A DNA stretch of 64,000 nucleotides from Gnetum montanum (lineage: Eukaryota; Plantae; Gnetophyta): assembly GCA_015680685.1 (NCBI GenBank), contig MNCI01000651.1:496001-560000 (forward strand), in the 5' to 3' direction. The position numbers and the translations under genes are program-made. Below the pieces are notes generated by a model. It had not been told where the DNA came from. It ran no database searches and saw only the letters and a program-made list of their open reading frames with translations. Shown here piece by piece: positions 52,750 to 64,000 of this stretch (its first letter is position 1; the number at the start of each line of letters is the position of its first letter).

Positions 52750-54750
52750 CACCATGTGGAGACCACCCTTAAAACTTTTGGATACTAGGTATCATGTACA
52801 CAATATGTGGGGCCTATTTAGGCTATGTTTCGGTTGTACTAACCACTTTCCAAGCTTGTTTGTTGTTCATACATTGGTTCAACGTATCAGGCCTGAAGCT
52901 CCAACGTATGGACACTCTAACTCTAAACTCAAACATGTATGGGTTATTCTCCTAATGTGTAGACTATTTGGACTTGATTCTAGGCTTTTTTGATCTACTA
53001 GGGTAGCTTGTGACAACTTAGGATCAAGCCTTTAGCATGTGGGATCCACTTTGGTGGTGCTTAAGCTCGTTTTGACTTGTTCATTAGTGCTAAAGGTTTC
53101 ACAAGTTGGTTCATATGTTGGTCCAATGTATGAGGCTTGTTTTCCAACATATGGGAGCTATATGTAAAATTTAGAGATAATTTTAACTAATTCATTAAAG
53201 TTTCAAGGCTCTTGTGGTAGCATCTAGAGCTTAGCATAGAAATATGTAGTTTCTGAGTTGTATGTAGCAAGGTGGAAGCCTATTAATGCCCACACGTTGG
53301 CTTGTGCATTGGCCCAACATGTGGGAATTTTTCTCTCAACATATGAGTAGTTTTAAATGGTTTTTGTGCATGTGGTACCCACCAAGACAACTTCTAACCA
53401 CTCCCAATCAAGTCTTTGACAATGGAACTCAATTTAGTAGTGGTTAAGCATGTATAGACTTGGTTATTGTTGCTAGAGATCTCATACATTTGTTTGTATG
53501 TTGGCCAAATGTATGGGACCTTCCTCTTAAATGTGCAAGCCTCCATGGGCCATTTTGTGATGATTTTGATTGGGTTTTTGACTCCTCAAGACCTTCAAGG
53601 TACCAACTAGGATTTTGGAGGAAAATTTGAAGTTTTTACAATGTTATTGACCCAGATAGGGGTTTGGTTAGGCTCATAAATTGGCTCATAATTTGTTCCA
53701 ATGTGTATACATTTATTCCCAATGTGTGGGATCAAATATTACTATTTTTGAGGTTTTTCAACTTGGTTTTTTACTTATCCAGGCTCCCAAGCCAATGGCT
53801 AAGGTTTTGGAGGATGATTTGCTATTTTTATGACTGTATGGGCCAAGGTGAAGGCTTGCATATGTCCACACGTTAGCTTATACAGTGGTCAAATGTGTGG
53901 GGATTACTTCCTCAACATATGGGGCTTCATATACCATTGTGCAAGAGTTTCAACTAGTCGTTTGACTTCCTTTGACTCCCAATGTAGTGGCAAGGATTTG
54001 GAGGAAGATCAACAATTTTAGATGTGGTATTGAGCAAGATAAGAGTTTGGTGATGCTCACACATTGGCTTATACATTGGCCCAACATGTGGGGCTTTTAT
54101 TTCAAATGCACAAAGTCAAAAAATTATTTTTTAGAGCTTGTTAATATTAGTTTCTAAGTCAATTCTCCACTCTGGGTTTTTTGGGTCCCACCAGGCCACT
54201 TTTGACCAAATTTGAGCATGTCAAAACTTGTTCTAGGCCTCATACATTGGCTTATATGTTAACCCATACTATGAGGCTTCATTGCCAATGTATGGGATCA
54301 AACTTGGTAGATTTTGTGGGTTTCAGACAAGGTTTTTGGTATCTTTAGCACTTTATGTCAACATCTAGGGCTCAATGGGGAATCTGTACTTTTTAGGATC
54401 ATTTATGGAAAATTATGAGATCTTTTTATGAATCTTAAGGATCCTTGAGCTCTCATACATTGGTCTATACATTGGTCCAGCATATAAGACTAAGCTTTCC
54501 AATGTATGAGCTCCCAACCTTCAACATATAAGCTTTTTGTATGTATTTTCTAGTGTTTGAAACTTGTTGAAATTTTAAGATTTGGTGGGATCCTTGAGAT
54601 GGATTGTAGTTGAAATTGAGATAGTTTAGGCTTGGTCACAACTTCCACATGTTTTCCCATACATTGGAGTTCTTGTGATAAATGTGTTACTAAGGCTTTA
54701 AATCCTATACAGTGATGTATACATTAGATTGGAGATCTTAACATATGAGG
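52750..54750. repeat. Degenerate ~190-bp-period array rich in CCAACGTRTGG-derived motifs
   Basis: CYCAYAYRTTGG...TTGGCCCAAYRTRTGGG blocks at ~53288, 53480, 53672, 53866, 54056, 54239, 54452. Confidence 0.8.
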
Positions 54751-56649
54751 TAAGAAATGGAAATTTTTCATTAAAAATCAACATACAAGTATTTTTTTTT
54801 TCTTTTTAAATATCTTCTAAGCTCAACATGTAGGAGGTTTTCTTAGTTTTTCAAAGAGTTTTTCTTGTTAACATGGTGGTGAATTTTTAGGATTTTCTAC
54901 ACCAAACTATAGCATTGGAGCTAGTTTCCTTACCAATCTCCCTATTGTAGAACCTAGAATCTACAATGGATGTTGAAGAAATAGTTTTGAACTATTTTCT
55001 AGAAAATCTTGAGTTCTACCATCTCTATTCACAATGTTGTGGCAACAAGGCAACGAATTCAATGCTTTTCTTCTATAACAATCAAGGCAAAGATTTGAGA
55101 CTTTCTGCAATCATGGTGAAGAAGATCAATTTGACAAGTTAAATCCAATTTTGGATTAGGTAGATGAGGCCATTTGCATTATTTATAGGCTTCCAAATCC
55201 TACTACAGGAAAAGGATCTTCATCAAGGTCTACTAGGTACCAAGTTCTCACCATTTTTCCAATTTTAGATGAATTTGTAAAAACATGCTTCCATCTCTAG
55301 GCTTACCTAGGTTGAAATTTTTTGATTTGGCTGTGCTAAACTAAATATTTATGCCTGTCAATTATATTAGAATCAAGATTTGGATTTTTGGACATCAATT
55401 GAAGGAGATTTTGTTTTCCCTAAACCCATATGTAGTGTTTTTACTCTATTCTTGCCTAATTTACTTTAACTTGACTTTTTCTCCTAGCTCTTGTATGACT
55501 AGATTTTCTAGTTTTGGCTTCATAGATCTATATTTTTAGGATTTTCAACTATATTAGAGGTTGAATCATATTTTTTTGGTTTTTTCTAAATTTTTTATGG
55601 GTTTTTTCCCAACCCAATCTATAGCATTCTAGCCTCTTTTGACAAAATTTTGTAGTTTTTCCATGGGAAAATTGACAATGTTTAGGGGTTTTCTGTGGTT
55701 TTGTGATCAACATTTTTGATCCCAGATTATTTTAGATTTAGTGTATAGGGGTTCTTGATGAAGTTTGTAATTTTTGAAATTTTTTACAAACATTTTCTTG
55801 GAGTGTTTACTAAAATCGATTCACTGCAAATTAGGTTTTTTTGTTGAAAATTCCATGTAATTTTGAGTTAAAGTTTGATTTTCCTACACTTGTAAATGCA
55901 ACATCGGAGATGAAATTGAGTTTTTGGAAGCTTTTTTTACAATTTATAATCAAAAATAATTGTTTATAAAATTCTTTCTATATTTTTCCAAACCTTGGGA
56001 TCTATGTTTGTTAGTTGCAATTTGAACTATAGAGTTCTGTGATATTTATTATTATAATTAATAGTGTTGGACACCAGTGATTTGGTTTTTTCCATTGTGT
56101 AATCTTTCCCAAGTCCTATGATCAATGTATGATCCTCTTTAGGCTTGCTAAGATATCATATGAGGGGTCTTGGGATTTTGCACAAGGAAGAATGGTAGTG
56201 TATGGGTTCTAGGAGCCAAGAAAATTTGTGATTTTTGCTTTCACTTTTCTTGTATTCCAAGTGTTTTGTATTTTGAAATTTCAATGACCACTCATGATAG
56301 ACATTCTCTACTTTTGGATCCATAGCGTTATTAATTTTTTCTTCATTTTTTGTAAAAAAAAGTTTTCAAGATAATTATTCATGAAAATGCTTATTTAGGG
56401 TCTTACACACCAACTATTTGTGGAAATGTCAAACTTGTTTTTTTGCTATGTTGATTGAAGTGTAAAGGTTAGATTTTGGTTTGTATTATAAAATTAGTTA
56501 CATTAGTAAAATTGGTCATTTTTCATGTTTTGTATTTAATGGTAACATTATCATCCTAGAGGTAATCTTGGTTTAAATTTCATTAATTTTTTGTTTTAAT
56601 GCTTTTATGGATTTCTATGTTCTAATGGTTGTGTGGTTGGTTATGTATG

Positions 56650-59600
56650 GGGCCTTGCTGAAGCCTATCTTGGTTTTTGTGAAGTTGATGGGGATCCTAT
56701 GTTGCATTGGGATCACCACCCAAAACATTCTAAACCCCAATATGAGTATCAATGATTACATCAAAGTGTGATTTCGACCTAGTGCCCAAGAGTTCATGTT
56801 ATACCTAATGCAACATTTTAGTGTGATCATGTGGTCACAATTGGTTGTGGATGTTAATGGTTGACAATCTTAACATCCAAAGAGAGATAGAGTAGAATAA
56901 TACTTCATATTTTGAGGGAGTTCATAGGTTATCTGACATACCATTATCTTATCTCATATTTGGGAGATGCCACAATACTCACAAGATAATGTTGAAAACA
57001 CCTTAATGATAGGCTAGAGGATACATACACTCTTCCAAAATCCTCCAAGAACTATTTATTTACTAAAATCATAAATCTGGTTTTAAATTGTCATCTTTGT
57101 ATATTTTTGGTTGTACTATTATTTGGTTCTAACTATTTTGATGCTTCATTCTTTTTCTTTTTTACTCAGTTATAGGATACATCTCTAGGAATTGATGAGA
57201 AATAACCAAACCTTATTTGTGGCTCATACAACCTTGAAAGAATTCGAAAAGGTGAGGTTGTAACAGTGCAAGTGCTTAGTTAACTTAAAGTTGAGTTTGG
57301 TAAATATGGTATGTGGTATTCTTGCATATATCAAACAAGCTTAGCAGACAATTGTGCATATGAATGGTGGGCTCACATATACTTAGGAGCATATGTACCA
57401 GCTTGTCCTAAAGTTCAAGCTTTTCTTAATCCTAGTGAGTGAAAGTTGTTTAGTATAGCTAGCAATTTTAGGAATTTTCATTTTGTGTTTTTCTATAATT
57501 TTTTCTTTTTTTTTATTTTTAAATTTTTATAGTTATTTTGAAATTTTTTGATTTTTTTTATGGCTTTATAATACTAATAGGACAACTATGTTATGTTACA
57601 AATTATGTGCATGAGTCTACAGTTGTCATGATCATTTCAAAAGATTCAACTCAAGTGGGATGAAGTAGACTCAGCATAAGAGTGTCTAGTAGAAGAAGCT
57701 CCTACAGATGTCCTACAAAGACTCACTAATGTAGGTTTGTATGAATTGTTCATGTTTCCTAGTCCATTGATGTCACCTATCAAGATATTGAACGTGATTG
57801 ATTTTTGATGAGGAAATCACCAAATTCATCACTTGTGTTCATAAGTATCCTATTGTGTTGAGCATTAATGAGTTCATGTTCAACGATCTCTTTGAAATAC
57901 CCTCTAGTTGTGCCAAGGCTGCTACTAGAGCAGGGAAAGATATAGGCCATAGAAAGGAAATTGATACTTGGCTTAACTCTCCTCCTAGTGTAACATTATC
58001 TTTTAACAATTGTGAAGTTGAGGAATCCAATGAGATCTATCTCCTTTTCTGCACTAAGGAATTTTCCATGTAACTAACATAGAGGAAAATCATAGGGGTT
58101 CAATAGGCTTAGATTATGAAAAAGATGTTAACTAATAGACTAGGTTTAACTAGACTACCTTCCTACTCATTATCTAAAGGGATGAAAACTGAAAGCTCTG
58201 CAATAACCTTGATAATATTCATCATGTGCATTTTACATTCTTATTTACATATCTTATGAGCTTGGGTAAGTTCTTAGTGATTAAGAGAGATGGAAAGTGA
58301 GTTGCATGTGATCCTTTCTAACTCTTGAGGCCTTGGACCAAACATATTACTCGGGTGATGCATAAGCAAAATCCCCCAACATAGGAGATAGAAGAATTAC
58401 AAAGCATATTAGTCATTTACATGGTTTGTGTGGTTGTTTTCATAACATGGGGATTAAGCCTTGTCCTACATGTGGCAATGCAAATAAATCTAAAATGTTA
58501 TGCACAGAAGTAGATGGCAGTGCTAGAAAGAAGATAAAGAGGTCACATGTTGAAGACCACATTTAGATTCCTAATAAGTAAGCACCTAAGAAGATGAAAA
58601 TCAAACTCAACACAATTAATTAGGATGTTGGAGGTATGTAAACATTTTTTATATATATTTTTAGTTTTTATTTTTTGTATATTTTTTGCTATATTTTTAG
58701 TTATATTTTTGTTAGTAAATGTTTACTAATTTATCTTATGTTTTATTGATTTTGGTTTATTATAGGGAAGAGGTAGGAGTTTGCTACTAAGGTTGCTATA
58801 GAAGAGAAGCAACAATACAAAGAAGAGGAGAAGAGGATATCCATTGAGGCTCTAGATGTGTTGGATTCCATCTTAGATGATTTACCTCCAAAAATCAATC
58901 CTCCAATAGACTTGTCTCATGATATCCTTGGTGTGCTTTGAATTGTGTTTTATGCTTTCATTAAAATTTTTATATATTTTGTTTCAATTTTTGCTTTTCT
59001 TATTGCAATTAATGTCTAACTATTATGATCATTACAAGATATGAATCTCTTCCAGAAGCACCTACATCCACATTCCACTCTAAACCTTGGGTGGAGGCCC
59101 TAGACAAGCTAGAATTCATGAAAGGAATGATGGATGACATGATAGGTAAATTACAATAGATAGCTCTTGATGTTGGTAACAAAAATATTAATGTGTTTTT
59201 ATTTTTATTATTACACTTTGTTTTCATACTTTTGTTTTTCATTTTTTTAAGGCTACAACATTTATGATTTTTTATGTATTTTTATGTTTTTTATATAGGC
59301 AATTTCCAAAGTAAAATGGAATCCCTCACGAGATTTGAATTTGATGAGTTCTATAAATTTCCCTCTAATGTTGATAATGTTCCACATAAGTTGCATGACG
59401 GGATCAAAGAATATGCTATGTCTTGTGCAAAAACATTTTGGGAGGCTCAATGCTCAAACGAGTTCTTATGGGAGGAGGTTGTAGCATTTAAGAAGCAAAA
59501 CAAGGAGGTGACCAATAAAGTTAAAAGCCTTGAAGATTGCAAGAAATTCATAGAGACACATGTAGCCAGTAAGGATTCCTTACACACTAAAGAGATTAAA

Positions 59601-59949
59601 TGGCCCCACAAATGGAGCATCATCCAAGGTAAGGTTGCGCTAGCAAGGAGAAATTTAGAAAAAGACTTGCAAATAAAGCTCTTGGTTCAAAAGTCCAAGG
59701 AATGGCATGATTACTATGCATGGGTCTTAGAATGGAGCAAAAAAAATAAAAGGCTCGCAAATGGCTATACAATGTACAAAAGAAAAATTACAAGAAATCA
59801 TGACACAAGGCAACCATGACACAACATAAGTATGAACTATTTGTATAGGGAATAGGTGAAAAACACACCTTCAACTTGTTTGTGAGGTCTATGGTTGTTG
59901 TTGAGTCTCCTATTGCTCAGATCACTACTACATTTTGGGAAACTACAAT
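56650..59949 (+). pseudogene. Multi-exon antisense accessory gene of element E, homolog of 13822-17313; exons ~56650-57060, 57170-57435, 57623-58633, 58766-58930, 59039-59175, 59299-59949 (truncated)
   Basis: Homologous peptides and intron positions; includes ORFs 57798-58073 and 59274-59819. Confidence 0.75.
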
Positions 59950-60177
59950 TGCTAATTTCTCCCATGCTCCAACTGAGTGGATAGAAATAGAGAGGCAAAC
60001 AATCCTAGCATGAGTGGACCTACAAGACATTGATTGGCCAAACATGAATGAAGAACAAATTTTTCATAGTATGTGATGAGCAGCAAGGTACCCCTACACC
60101 CAACCATATGAATCACAAGCATTCCCGTGAAATTCAGCCAAATTCTGCAGACTATAATTACTAAGTGCACTAGAGCT

Positions 60178-60181
<4 letters not shown>

Positions 60182-60234
<53 letters not shown>
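60182..60234. repeat. (TG)n microsatellite within the Athila LTR
   Basis: Direct reading. Confidence 0.95.
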
Positions 60235-60235
<1 letters not shown>

Positions 60236-61703
60236 GTTTGCTCGTTTTCTTTCCAGTCCTACTTGTGGAATGCAATTGTATGGTTAAGTGTAATTGAGGC
60301 ATAAGAATTTTAGTATTTTGTGGTTTTATGAAATTACTCACCTAGAACAAGAATAAAAGTAAGAGTGAATAAAAGTAACAGCGATTAATTGCTAAGTAAA
60401 CTATAGTCCAATCTAGCCTAACACAAATAACCATTCCCACTTCCTGAACACATCCTAAACTTTGTTCAAACACTGTTGGACTATCAAACACTAGTCATTT
60501 CTATGCTACCAAGTGTCACACGTACGCTTGAAGAGGTCGTGCTTGTGTAATTTAGCAATTTTCTTAATTGATCAAAATTAATTGCTACATAAATAAAATT
60601 AATGTAAATTGCATGAAATATAAATGCATAAGAAAGAAAATAATAAGTGCTATAAGGAATGGACCAAAGAGCTCATCTTTATTACCAACACAATGGTGTG
60701 CTCGAGTACATCAATGCTTGAATAAAGATCCATTCACACTTAGATCTCCTATTGTGGGTACTTGGAAAATATTCTAACTTTCAAATGGACAAACTGCAAG
60801 AGTTTTTCTACTGACTATTAAAAAATTACTTTCAATTGTGTGCCTAGGCATTGTATTTATAGACCTAGGAGTAACCTTGTGATATCGAATGTACAATATC
60901 ACATCTTGGGCTGTGATATCGCATACCCGATATTGTTTACCTAATATCATAGCCACCCTAATATCGGAGTGATGAAAAACATGATTTATCATACCCCCAC
61001 GATTGAATGAAAACTCATCCTTAAGTACATAAGCAGAGGAACAAGTCTTTTACAAAATATAATAGGGGGCATGGACTTATTTGACTGACATGCAGAGTGA
61101 CACAGAGAAAATAGACAAATATAAAAGTGCCCGAGCATACAATATTACAATCGTGTGCAAAATTGGGTGTTCATAACAATAGGAAAGAACACCAATGAAT
61201 CCAAAGAACATCCAACCCCTCTTAGTAATAGAAGAATGAGGGAGAGATAGAAGAGATCCAGCAGTCATGAACAATCTCCCACAAGTGATATGGTTGCATC
61301 CTCCTTGATGATAACAGTCCTGCTTCCAGTCCATGCTTCCCACTGCAATCACAACAAAACCAAGGATTAGTATATATATACTGCAATAGATAATGTCTAA
61401 GTACCTTGTCTCATTGGTGATTTTATCTAGTCAAGTTGTGATTATGATAAATTGATTACTTGATATTGTTAATGGAAAGACTAATGAATGGGTTAAATAA
61501 GAGAAGTGATCCATATAATTCAGAAAAAGCTTAACATATGGAGTATTGGAAAGAGGGTATTCACAACAATAAAAAGGAGTTCATTACAAATAGTTGTGAA
61601 GGTGCATAAAATTGGATGACATGGATGGAATAAATAAAAAGAACTTGATTATAACAATGTCTAAGGGTAAGGAACTTAACTTAACCAAACCAAAAGATAT
61701 ACA

Positions 61704-61837
61704 AGTGGGTCCTCCCCAAAGTAGGCACAAGCCTTTTATGCCCTTGCATAACTTCATACCAACGAGTCCTAGTGGGTCCTCCCCAAAGTAGGCACAAGCC
61801 TTTTATACCCTTGCATAACTTCATACCAACAAGCCCG
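61704..61837. repeat. 67-bp tandem duplication in the Athila 3'UTR
   Basis: AGTGGGTCCTCCCCAAAGTAGGCACAAGCC... at 61704 and 61771, near identical. Confidence 0.9.
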
Positions 61838-63149
61838 TAAGCACCATGGATGATTAATGATTATAGAAAGTTAAGTACAAAAATCCAAAAGTAATTGACT
61901 GAGAAACCTGACACATCAAACTAGAACATTGAATCAAAACATGAAACCGGTAGTGAGGTGAGGCATGAAAAGCATAGATGGATGACAGAAAGAGTGGAAT
62001 GGAGTTCTTAATTATGCTCACATGTAGTCCCTTGTGGCATTTATGATTAATTGACTTGGTAGGATCCTTCCTTAGTCTAGATCAAAACCAACCACTTTCA
62101 GTGACTTCCCATTGACATTCTAAGGCAAGTCCATCACCTGAGACACAAGAATGCTCCCACAAAACAACCACCATTCCAAATTGGAGTGAAGGTAGGAAGT
62201 GAGAAAGGGCCTTAGTTATAAGAGACAAGATAAGTCTCATAACTAGTTCTTGTAGCCCTTTTTGTTTGGTCTAAAGGATGTGCTTTGAATTCCCATGGTT
62301 TTTTTTTTTTTTTGAATGGTAACCACACCATGTAAAGACCCATGTGTTTTTTGCATTTATTTTGTCTAAGGGATGTTCCTTGAATTCTCATATTTTTTTT
62401 TTTTGTGATGAGAACCACACCATGCAAGGACTTATTTGACTTCTTATTATGAAATGACACAAAACAATGAGAAGCTTACAAGAACATCCCTATACAGAGG
62501 AAAACAGAAAATCACAAAGAATACTGCAACCCTTTGAAGCCACACCTTATCCAAACCTTTGATTCCTTTCCAATTTCAAAAACTACATAAGTCACCAATT
62601 TATTAAAGTTGTATTAATGAAGAAGAGATTGCATGCTTGCAAAATAAGGAAAACAATAGAGTATGTGAATGGGTGGATGATGTGGATTCACTACCTATTA
62701 CATGAAAAGAAACCATGTCACAATCATCAGTAATGGCATTCAAAGTCAGAAGCTAGAAATCAACAATCAAATTAGAAATAAAGCATACCACTATCGAGTA
62801 GTCCATTACCAATGTACCTACCACCTTATTAGAAGAAAAAGTAGAGAAACACATCAAACAGAAGCAAACATAACCATGAAAAAGTAAAAAAAATAGACAA
62901 TAATTATTGAATATATTAACAATGGTGTAAAGTAAAAACTAAGTGGAAACCAATAGCCTTAAAAATACAACTATGTAAAACAAAGAAGAAAATAATAAAA
63001 AGTTGTAAAAACAAAAATGTGAAAAAAAAGAGAGTCAAAAACTGAGGAGTTGCCTAAGGTGTTAGTATGGATGGCCATCTCCCCATGACTAAGTTGGAAG
63101 GGAGATATCTGAAAGATTGAGTGTGGTTGTCCATCTAATGAGGTGTTTG

Positions 63150-64000
63150 TTGTGTTGGTTGGCTTGAGCTCATGGAAAGGTTTTATTTGTTGAATGTTAA
63201 CTAATTGTTTCTTATTTGGGCTATCATATTTGTAGATGATCATGGCCCCAAATGAAAAATTCTCTTCAATAATGTAAGGTCCTTCCCACAATGTTTGAAA
63301 TTTGGTTCATTAGGGAATATGTGTAGGATTCCAATATAGAACCTTGTCTCCTAGTTGAAACTTGACTTTTGTTATTTTAAGGTCATGACATTTCTTATTG
63401 AATGCCTTATGCATTTCATTGGATGATAGGGCCATTAACCAATTTTTTTCTAGCAAGCTAAGCATCATTAATCGTTCTTTTTGTGCTAAACTTAGATCTA
63501 GGTCAAGATCATAGGCTATAGAGAATGTATGGAGTTCAGATTGTATAGGCAATGTTGGTAGTTTTTCGTACACAAGCTTATAGGGAGAATAACCTATGGA
63601 AAGTTTCCATGTGAAGTGAAAGGCCCAAAGGGCATCATTTAACTTAGTGCTCTAGTCCCTTCGGTACTTGCTAATGGTACATGTTAAAATTTTTGTAATC
63701 TCTTGATTAGTGACCTCAACTTGATCATTGGCTTGGGGGTGATATGATGTTGTGAGTTTATGTTTAATCCCTAAGCACTGCATCAGTTTCTAGAAAGTGG
63801 CACTTGTAAAATGAGTTCCATTATCAAAAATTAATGCACAAGGTATACCAAACTTGTTTACGATGTCTTGTTGAACAAACTAAGCATCTGTGGTGGATGT
63901 ACAATCAGTGACAAAAACTGCTTCTGCCCACTTGGTACAATAGTCAACTACGACTATTATATATGCCTTTCCATTTGATAAAGGTGTGATGGGATCCATA
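63150..64000 (-). pseudogene. pol: Athila-type integrase, degenerate
   Basis: Core D,D(35)E region plus KFQLGDKVL...WEGPY...VNIQQIKPF. Confidence 0.88.

Larger units (their letters stand above)
45979..59949 (-). mobile_element. Element E: second Tat/Ogre-type element (3' LTR, 3'UTR, RT-RH-aRH-INT, most of the PR-RT intervening region); its 5' part lies beyond the Athila insertion
   Basis: pol colinear with A; PPT/LTR junction homologous to A; antisense gene homologous to A's. Confidence 0.88.
59950..64000 (-). mobile_element. Athila-type Ty3/gypsy element, 3' part (integrase, long 3'UTR, PPT, 3' LTR ~59950-60991)
   Basis: Integrase VVVDYCTKWAEA...YHPQANDQVEVTNQEI...LNDALWAF...SPYKLVYEK; PPT CGTGGGGG then TGATAAATCATG at 60991. 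Confidence 0.8.

Noticed and set aside
59952-60341. ORF with an HTHTHT run
   Set aside because: Translation of the (TG)n microsatellite inside an LTR.

Overview
AT-rich, CpG-depleted eukaryotic DNA, very probably from a land plant with a large, heavily methylated genome. It consists almost entirely of nested, decayed LTR retrotransposons, and I see no intact host gene. Layout: (1) the 3' end of a Tat/Ogre-type Ty3/gypsy element (1-2137); (2) a minus-strand chromovirus-type element B (LTRs ~4434-5381 and ~31439-32391) split by (3) a complete 21.35-kb Tat/Ogre-type element A (6788-28138; near-perfect 5-bp TSD, tRNA-Asn PBS, gag-PR // RT-RH-aRH-INT, PPT); (4) a small LTR element D lacking gag/pol (33065-36699); (5) minus-strand Tat remnants (~37600-45975) carrying a younger, CpG-retaining solo LTR (39625-42885); (6) a second, diverged Tat element E on the minus strand (45979 to at least 59949), interrupted by (7) an Athila-type element (59950-64000). 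The most notable feature is in A and E. Each carries, between protease and RT, a region of about 10 kb (9.7 kb in A, >8 kb visible in E) that looks like a giant Ogre-type intron. Inside it lie a homologous multi-exon antisense gene with conserved intron positions and a ~180-190-bp-period array of a family-specific CpG motif that also occurs in that element's own LTRs. In A the cassette is bracketed by short 28-29-bp repeat arrays that recur just upstream of the PPT. All homologies were judged by eye and no database search was run.
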